Assembly: GCA_964466855.1 (NCBI GenBank)
Contig: CAYXOE010000011.1
Location: 1-12,391 of the forward strand
Direction: 5' to 3'
Length of the DNA stretch: 12,391 nt
From: Candidatus Woesearchaeota archaeon
Lineage (GTDB): Archaea > Nanobdellota > Nanobdellia > Pacearchaeales > GW2011-AR1
Positions 7,805 through 12,391 of the stretch are shown here, piece after piece; positions within the stretch are counted from its first letter, which is position 1, and each line of letters starts with the position of its first letter. Below the pieces are notes generated by a model. That model saw only the letters and a list, made by a program, of their open reading frames with translations. It was not told the origin of the DNA and did no database searches. The translations under genes and the position numbers were made by a program.

Positions 7805-7882
7805 GGATTATTAATAAGTCAATCGTGGGGCGAAGCCGAGACAATTTAGCGAGCCTCTTTAGAGGCGAGCGGAATTTTAAGT

Positions 7883-8221
7883 CTAATAATCCGGCAAATC
7901 ATCAAAATTCCCCTGTCCGGGCTTTTCAACTTTTATTTTTTCGTTGAATGTCTGCTGATGGTTATGCCCTGAATTTTCCGAGGAGGAGCCACTTGGATTC
8001 AAGTCGCTGTGTGAAATTGAGTTTATCATTTCCTTGAATTCTGCAAATCTTTCAGCAGGAATTCTCAAACCTTTTTTTGTCGGTCCTGAATATTTTTCGC
8101 TTGTCGCATATTCCCTTATGTCAACCCCGACTCTTCCATTATATTCTCTTACTGCTATTATTATGTCCGTTGCTGTTCCCTGGAATTCGCCTTTGCTTAT
8201 TTTTCCTATTTCCTTATCCAT
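7883..8221 (-). CDS. PC4/Sub1-like ssDNA-binding domain protein with acidic C-terminal tail
   Basis: 112 aa. VGVDIREYATSEKYSGPTKKGLRIPAERFAEFKEMINSI aligns by eye with the human PC4 C-terminal domain core (LIDIREYW...KPGRKGISL...W..LKEQISDI). It is followed by a Ser/Gly/Gln-rich linker and a terminal FDDLPDY. Confidence 0.7.
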   Translation of the reverse strand: MDKEIGKISKGEFQGTATDIIIAVREYNGRVGVDIREYATSEKYSGPTKKGLRIPAERFAEFKEMINSISHSDLNPSGSSSENSGHNHQQTFNEKIKVEKPGQGNFDDLPDY

Positions 8222-8242
8222 ATTATTGAAAGAATAACTGAT

Positions 8243-8257
8243 TTTATAAAATTTTGT
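8243..8257 (-). promoter_or_regulatory. TATA-box promoter element for the PC4-like gene
   Basis: The 15-mer TTTATAAAATTTTGT (plus-strand reading) starts 22 nt from the start codon at 8221. An identical 15-mer sits at the identical spacing upstream of the gene starting at 9281. Confidence 0.5.
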
Positions 8258-8619
8258 TATTTGTGACCAGCATCATATTGCGGATTTGGGACAGAAGCAT
8301 CAGTTCTGTTATTATACCAAATCTTTTCCTGTTCCAAAACACCCAACAAATTTTTTGCAGCCCTTAAATTTTCTTTACTTTCTTTTTCATCTTTTGATAA
8401 AGGATAAGAAACAATTACCCGCTCGCCGTTCTGGCTATATCTGTTAAGAATTTCACCGATTGCATATTTGTCATCCTGCCTTCTTGTAATTAATCCAAAA
8501 TTAGAAACGTAATATCCTCTATATTCTAGTTTTCTTTTTGCTTCTTCAAAGTTTGGATTTGGCGCGATTATCTGTTTTGTCTGTGCGAAAAACTGCTTTA
8601 AAGAGGTTAACAGATTCAT
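8257..8619 (-). CDS. Hypothetical protein, translationally coupled to the upstream beta-barrel-like gene
   Basis: 120-aa ORF with no signal peptide or TM helix. Its ATG overlaps the upstream stop (ATGA on the minus strand, 8616-8619). I recognise no family. Confidence 0.6.
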   Translation of the reverse strand: MNLLTSLKQFFAQTKQIIAPNPNFEEAKRKLEYRGYYVSNFGLITRRQDDKYAIGEILNRYSQNGERVIVSYPLSKDEKESKENLRAAKNLLGVLEQEKIWYNNRTDASVPNPQYDAGHK

Positions 8620-9281
8620 TTTAGAAATATTTTAGCGCTGGCAGCTATTGTAATACCCCCGCTATTTGATGCTGATGTAGCTGCTGCTCCATAACTTGTT
8701 GAATTTGAAGAAACTTGCGGCGTGACCCAGTTATATGTATATCTGCCTTCAATTGAAAGGGAAGTAGTATCTGACACCGGTATTTCAAATCCGCCGAAGG
8801 TGCCGACGCCAAATCCGGACGCGTTTGCGCTTGCCGTTCCAATGACTGAATTTTGATATGTATCTGTTGCTGTTTCTGTCCCGAAATCATAGGAAATTTG
8901 CCCGCCAATGTATGGGCGTATTTCATCTCTTTTCCCGAATGCTTTTGACAATCGTGCTGCAACGCTGCCTGTCCATATTTCAGAAGTCAATGATTCGCCT
9001 GAAGGCAATTGCTGTAAAAGAATCGGCTTTCCTTTTGTATCTGAGAAAATGAAGGCAAGTTCCCCGCTTACGCCGTCGTTTGATTCAAGCCCCAATCCTA
9101 ATTTTCCCTGAAACATCCACCCATAAACTTTCTGCATAACATCATTGCTTGAATAAAAACCGCCCAATTCAGAGCTAAAATATAATTGCTGTGCGTCAGC
9201 CGGCTTCGGAGATGCAAATGCCAAGACTCCTGCCAATAAAGGCAAAGCAAAAGGTTTTGCAAGTTTTTTTAGCAAACTCAT
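8616..9281 (-). CDS. Secreted protein with outer-membrane-protein-like 8-stranded beta-barrel pattern
   Basis: 221 aa. Sec-type signal peptide (MSLLKKLAKPFALPLLAGVLAFASPKPADA|QQ). The mature part has about 8 amphipathic Gly/aromatic-rich segments: LYFSSELGGFYSS, YGWMFQGKLGLGLES, GELAFIFSD, IWTGSVAARLSKAF, IRPYIGGQISYDFG, GFGVGTFGGFEIPV, SLSIEGRYTYNW, GITIAASAKIFLK. The CDS call is firm. The fold and function are inference. Confidence 0.75.
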   Translation of the reverse strand: MSLLKKLAKPFALPLLAGVLAFASPKPADAQQLYFSSELGGFYSSNDVMQKVYGWMFQGKLGLGLESNDGVSGELAFIFSDTKGKPILLQQLPSGESLTSEIWTGSVAARLSKAFGKRDEIRPYIGGQISYDFGTETATDTYQNSVIGTASANASGFGVGTFGGFEIPVSDTTSLSIEGRYTYNWVTPQVSSNSTSYGAAATSASNSGGITIAASAKIFLK

Positions 9282-9302
9282 GAAAACTATCTACAAAGTT
9301 TA

Positions 9303-9317
9303 TTTATAAAATTTTGT
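9303..9317 (-). promoter_or_regulatory. TATA-box promoter element for the beta-barrel-like gene
   Basis: TTTATAAAATTTTGT is identical to 8243-8257 and again starts 22 nt from the start codon (9281). Confidence 0.5.
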
Positions 9318-9357
9318 GTATGGGATTATATAATTTGTGCAAAGCCTAAATTAAAAA

Positions 9358-9750
9358 TTAAGTTACTATTATCTGCCCAACCATTGACGGATGAATTGAG
9401 CAATAATAATTGTATGTTCCTGGTGTGTTAAATGTATGGGCGTAAGTCTGCCCGGGCGAAATTACCGACGATGACAATTCGTTTCCGTTATTTGAAGTTA
9501 TTGTATGGCTTGCCTGCCCATTATTTGTCCATGTCACACTTTGCCCGGCTTTTATTATCAACTGCGACGGGGTGAATGCATAATCTTTTATTGCAACATT
9601 CTGTCCCGGGATTATTTGCACTTGAGTTTTTCCTGATTGAGAAGAGCCCGGGTTTCCAGAGTTTGTATAATTTTTAGGGAGCAAAAAAATTCCCGCCACT
9701 GCAAAAATCAATGCAATCGCGATAATACCAATTAATATTATTTTTTTCAT
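9358..9750 (-). CDS. Membrane-anchored type-1 (blue) copper protein, plastocyanin/amicyanin-like cupredoxin
   Basis: 130 aa. N-terminal TM anchor (IILIGIIAIALIFAVAGIFLL). Upstream His ligand context (QASHTITS). C-terminal ligand loop YYCSIHPSMVGQIIV: Cys 9400-9402, His 9391-9393, Met 9382-9384. Confidence 0.85.
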   Translation of the reverse strand: MKKIILIGIIAIALIFAVAGIFLLPKNYTNSGNPGSSQSGKTQVQIIPGQNVAIKDYAFTPSQLIIKAGQSVTWTNNGQASHTITSNNGNELSSSVISPGQTYAHTFNTPGTYNYYCSIHPSMVGQIIVT

Positions 9751-10172
9751 TTTATTTTCAGTAGTTTAACAAATATATATGAGATACCTGTTATGAATGT
9801 GAAATGTACCAGTCCTATGAGCCAGCTTGAAGTTGAAGAACTCAAGCGTGGAAATGTAAAATAATAATAAATTCCGAAGATGATTGTCCCAAGAATTCCG
9901 ACAATTGCGGATTTCAATATCGGCTTTATTTTTGTTTTCTGCGTACATAAAAAGACGAAAAAGAATGTCAAAGCCACGATAGTTGATTTTGTAAATCCAT
10001 ACCATGTCGGTGCAAAATAATATTCATAGATAAATCCCAAGTCCTTTCTATAAAGCAATGGGTCGAGGATGAATCTATGGCCAATGAACAATTCCAAAAC
10101 GCCGGTTGCTATGCCAACAATTAAAGAGAAGAGGATTAATTTAGGAATATATTTTTTCATCTCTTTTTTCAT
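9747..10172 (-). CDS. Hypothetical 4-TM membrane protein, coupled to the cupredoxin gene
   Basis: 141 aa with four hydrophobic segments and two His near membrane boundaries (IGHRF, LVHFTF). Its stop overlaps the cupredoxin ATG (ATGA, 9747-9750). Confidence 0.65.
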   Translation of the reverse strand: MKKEMKKYIPKLILFSLIVGIATGVLELFIGHRFILDPLLYRKDLGFIYEYYFAPTWYGFTKSTIVALTFFFVFLCTQKTKIKPILKSAIVGILGTIIFGIYYYFTFPRLSSSTSSWLIGLVHFTFITGISYIFVKLLKIK

Positions 10173-10275
10173 ATTATTATTTATTTACAGGAAAGGAATT
10201 TATAAATTTTCTGGAAAATTCAAATGTTTTATAAATAAATTATCTCTCTGAAAATAAATCAATATTGGCTGAAAG

Positions 10276-10291
10276 AAGCCCAGTTCGCATA
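10276..10291 (+). repeat. Orphan exact copy of the tRNA-Ser 5' end
   Basis: AAGCCCAGTTCGCATA is identical to 10329-10344. That segment is 2 leader nt, the acceptor 5' strand, positions 8-9, the D-stem 5' strand and 1 more nt. Confidence 0.85.
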
Positions 10292-10330
10292 AGCTCAAAT
10301 CAGAAGATTTGGCAAATGCTTCTGGTCTAA

Positions 10331-10453
10331 GCCCAGTTCGCATAGTGGTAGTGCACAAGATTGGAGACCGTAGGGGCAAGCCCCTAACAGGTCACCCTAA
10401 AACCAAAAATCTTGGCCCGAAAGGGCTCGCAGGTTCGATTCCTGCACTGGGCG
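10331..10453 (+). tRNA. tRNA-Ser(GGA) with a 42-nt intron at canonical position 37/38
   Basis: Acceptor GCCCAGT/ACTGGGC. D arm GCAT-AGTGGTA-GTGC. Anticodon stem CAAGA/TCTTG. Long variable arm GCCC-GAAA-GGGC-TC (class II). T arm GCAGG-TTCGATT-CCTGC. Discriminator G, and no encoded CCA. The intron is 10367-10408. It is bounded by 3-nt bulges AGA and AAA around the 4-bp helix TTGG/CCAA. Confidence 0.85.
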
Positions 10454-10508
10454 ATAATCGAACCTTGGTTTCATTGCCGAAGGCGATGAGAGGGAACGAA
10501 GTGAACTC

Positions 10509-10527
10509 CGATTCCTGCACTGGGCGA
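10509..10527 (+). repeat. Orphan exact copy of the tRNA-Ser 3' end
   Basis: CGATTCCTGCACTGGGCGA is identical to 10436-10454 (T-loop through discriminator plus 1 nt). The 5' strand of the T stem is missing upstream of it. It ends 1 nt before the tmk stop codon. Confidence 0.85.
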
Positions 10528-10528
10528 A

Positions 10529-11218
10529 TTATTGAGAAACTCTTGATAAAACAGGTTCAAGATGATTTTCTTTTATGAATTCATCCACATACTTTCTAAT
10601 GCTAAATTGCATCCAATCCGGCTGCCCATCAATATATGGAACAACTCTAAATGTGCCTGAATTTTGTCTTGCTATTTCCCGATAACCCTGATTTACCCGC
10701 TGATGATATTCCAGTTTTCTCGCTTCAATTTTGTCTTCCTTTCCAAATTCATTTTTTCCCTTGCTTTTTTGCAAACCCAATCTTGCATCAATATCAAGCA
10801 AAAAAGTCAAATCAGGTCTTGCGCCCGCACACGAAAAATCAATTAGATTATCTATGACACCCAAATCAATCCCTAAACCATAACCCTGATATGCTTTTGT
10901 AGAATATCTCCATCTGTCTGAAATGAAAATATCTTCCTGCATCAAAGAAGGTTTTATTCTATTCTCAAAAAGTTCTATTCCGGCTGCGACATACAATAGC
11001 ATTTCTGTTCTGGGATTTAATTCAGGCAAATTCGAGTCCTGAAGAATTTTTCTTATATGCTCACCCGCAGCAGTTGTTCCCGGTTCTCTCCCGACTTCGA
11101 CAATATATCCTTTGCCTGATAAATATTCTGCAAGAAGCTTTGATTGAGTTGTTTTGCCTCCACCCTCGCCCGATTCAAAATTAATCCAAAGTCCGGGATA
11201 AGAATGTCCGCGAGCCAT
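10529..11218 (-). CDS. tmk: Thymidylate kinase (dTMP kinase)
   Basis: 229 aa. P-loop FESGEGGGKTTQ. SDRWRYSTKAYQGYG matches the DR(Y/W)..S..AYQG motif. Lid-region basic residues are present. The start is 1 nt downstream of the thyA stop, so the two are likely one operon. Confidence 0.9.
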   Translation of the reverse strand: MARGHSYPGLWINFESGEGGGKTTQSKLLAEYLSGKGYIVEVGREPGTTAAGEHIRKILQDSNLPELNPRTEMLLYVAAGIELFENRIKPSLMQEDIFISDRWRYSTKAYQGYGLGIDLGVIDNLIDFSCAGARPDLTFLLDIDARLGLQKSKGKNEFGKEDKIEARKLEYHQRVNQGYREIARQNSGTFRVVPYIDGQPDWMQFSIRKYVDEFIKENHLEPVLSRVSQ

Positions 11219-11219
11219 T

Positions 11220-12323
11220 TTATGCAGCCATTACTGCTTTAGAATCCCATTTTTCTGGGTCATATCCGATGAGTTTCGCATAATCCATTGCAGGCATTTC
11301 AATTGCATCCAATAAAGGAACGCCCCCCAGAATTTCAAGTGTTGGAGGCTCTCTTGGAATTTTTGATAACTGCTCCAATATGAATGGAACGTGGTCTTTT
11401 CTTTCATTGCCCTCGCTTTCAGAGGGTGCATTTTTTAGATACCAATTTTTCAAACCCAAATATCCTGAACGATGACCAACCGCATTAAATCTTGCCTGGA
11501 ATTCCTCAACATTTTTTTCATCCATCCAGAAATCAGAACGAGGCGGAACGCCGAGATAGGCATGAACATTATTGTAATGGTGGTAGAAAAATCGAGGGGC
11601 AAAACCAGTTTCATTTGCGACCATATGGGTTAGCAAAGAATCTTGCGATATATTTGATGGAACGCCGAGGAAAACATCACAGCTTCTTTGAGTCATTGTT
11701 AAATCCACAGAGCCATTTTTATAAGTTGTAAATTGATGAAGCACGGGGCAAGGGCCGATTGCCATCACTTTTGAACCTGAAGCTATTCCTGGTAAATTTG
11801 CAACATTCCATGAAGAAAGAACATGATATCTTGAGCCGGGTCTTTCTCTCATATTTTTTAATACATATTTTAATTGGTCTATTTCCCCGCCTTCTCCGTC
11901 GGGCCAATGTCTCCATTGATAGCCATAAACAGGACCCAAATCACCATTGCCAACCATTTCTGGTTCTGTTTGTAATATTGTTTTATAATCTTCAAATCTC
12001 ATATTCCATGCATTTGAGTGTTTGGGGACTTTTCCTGTTTGTCCAATCTCTCTCAAATATCTGTCAAAGGCATTCGCTGTCCAGAAATTAATATTCTCGT
12101 TAATTAAAGAGATAACACTTCGCTCCCCCCTTAATTTCCAAAATAATTCCCCGAAAGGAAGGCGAGGCGGAAGATTTTTTGTTGTTACTTCTGGAAATCC
12201 TTTTCTTAAATCATAGACACTTCGCCAGGATGAAAGCCCTAAAGTATATTCCTGAGTTCGCGGCTCATATTGTACGTCGCCTCTTCCCAAAACTTCTTTT
12301 AGCAGAACATGATATTGTTCCAT
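11220..12323 (-). CDS. thyA: ThyA-family thymidylate synthase with extra insertions
   Basis: 367 aa. DLGPVYGYQWRHW, GSRYHVLSSWN, catalytic Cys in IGPCPVLHQF (Cys192, nt 11748-11750), TQRSCDVFLGVPSNIS with Asn retained (dUMP-type), and NNVHAY. It is about 100 aa longer than E. coli ThyA. Confidence 0.9.
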   Translation of the reverse strand: MEQYHVLLKEVLGRGDVQYEPRTQEYTLGLSSWRSVYDLRKGFPEVTTKNLPPRLPFGELFWKLRGERSVISLINENINFWTANAFDRYLREIGQTGKVPKHSNAWNMRFEDYKTILQTEPEMVGNGDLGPVYGYQWRHWPDGEGGEIDQLKYVLKNMRERPGSRYHVLSSWNVANLPGIASGSKVMAIGPCPVLHQFTTYKNGSVDLTMTQRSCDVFLGVPSNISQDSLLTHMVANETGFAPRFFYHHYNNVHAYLGVPPRSDFWMDEKNVEEFQARFNAVGHRSGYLGLKNWYLKNAPSESEGNERKDHVPFILEQLSKIPREPPTLEILGGVPLLDAIEMPAMDYAKLIGYDPEKWDSKAVMAA

Positions 12324-12391
12324 TTTTGAAACAAGAAATAAGTTATTTTTAAATAAATCTGTGGTGAAAATTATATTTTTAATCCGCTCGG

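Noticed and set aside
8645-9111. Alternative-frame and antisense ORFs (8645-8962 -, 8858-9052 +, 8908-9111 +) within the beta-barrel-like gene
   Set aside because: The 221-aa frame has a coherent signal peptide, strand periodicity and a correctly spaced TATA element. The alternatives lack any of these.
8616-9281. Bacterial contamination or chimeric contig as the explanation for the OMP-like gene
   Set aside because: The gene shares an exact 15-nt archaeal-type TATA element and spacing with its neighbour. It is translationally coupled within a minus-strand gene string continuous with archaeal-context genes. Misassembly cannot be fully excluded without reads.
10454-10527. A second tRNA (for example with a TCA or CAT anticodon in the hairpin CCTTGG-TTTCATTG-CCGAAGG) built from the spacer plus the duplicated 3' end
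   Set aside because: No 5' strand of the T stem (GCAGG) precedes the duplicated T-loop. The hairpin has a bulged stem and an 8-nt loop, and no D arm can be assembled. A cloverleaf cannot be drawn.
10309-10578. 89-aa plus-strand ORF (MANASGLSPVRIVVVHK...)
   Set aside because: It lies entirely over the tRNA-Ser gene, its intron and the duplicated tRNA 3' end, and runs into the tmk 3' end. The sequence is explained by RNA structure, so the ORF is spurious.
10529-12323. Interpreting tmk-thyA as cargo of an integrated virus or element because they abut the duplicated tRNA 3' end
   Set aside because: The full tRNA and its partial copy are only 55 nt apart and lie on the same side of these genes. 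No integrase or structural genes are visible, and the window ends at 12391. The geometry does not fit a tRNA-attL ... attR element spanning these genes.

Overview
Low-GC archaeal chromosomal segment. The evidence is archaeal-type translation factors aIF2-gamma and aIF5B, an intron-containing tRNA with bulge-helix-bulge splice geometry, and TATA-like boxes about 22-27 nt upstream of start codons, which suggests mostly leaderless mRNAs. The compact genes and composition resemble small-genome (DPANN-like) archaea, but that is inference only. I support 16 CDSs and 1 tRNA. Plus strand: a heavily sequon-rich surface protein, aIF2-gamma, a small possible-wHTH protein, a Cas4-like PD-(D/E)xK nuclease with an Fe-S Cys cluster, a membrane thioredoxin-like protein coupled to CcdA/DsbD-like, and aIF5B. 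Minus strand: a wHTH regulator, a CheY-like receiver, a PC4-like ssDNA-binding protein, an unknown 120-aa protein coupled to a signal-peptide protein that looks like an 8-stranded outer-membrane beta-barrel, a 4-TM protein coupled to a type-1 copper cupredoxin, thymidylate kinase and an insertion-bearing ThyA. No CRISPR array, integrase, transposase or rRNA is visible. Most worth a second look: (1) the beta-barrel-OMP-like secreted protein in an archaeal context; (2) tRNA-Ser(GGA) with a 42-nt intron, bracketed by exact copies of its own 5' and 3' termini; (3) the wHTH / small protein / stand-alone Cas4-like nuclease island between two translation-factor genes; (4) a PC4-fold protein with an SSB-like acidic C-terminal tip; (5) an aIF2-gamma without the zinc-ribbon cysteines. 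All functional calls come from motif recognition by eye, and no searches were run.
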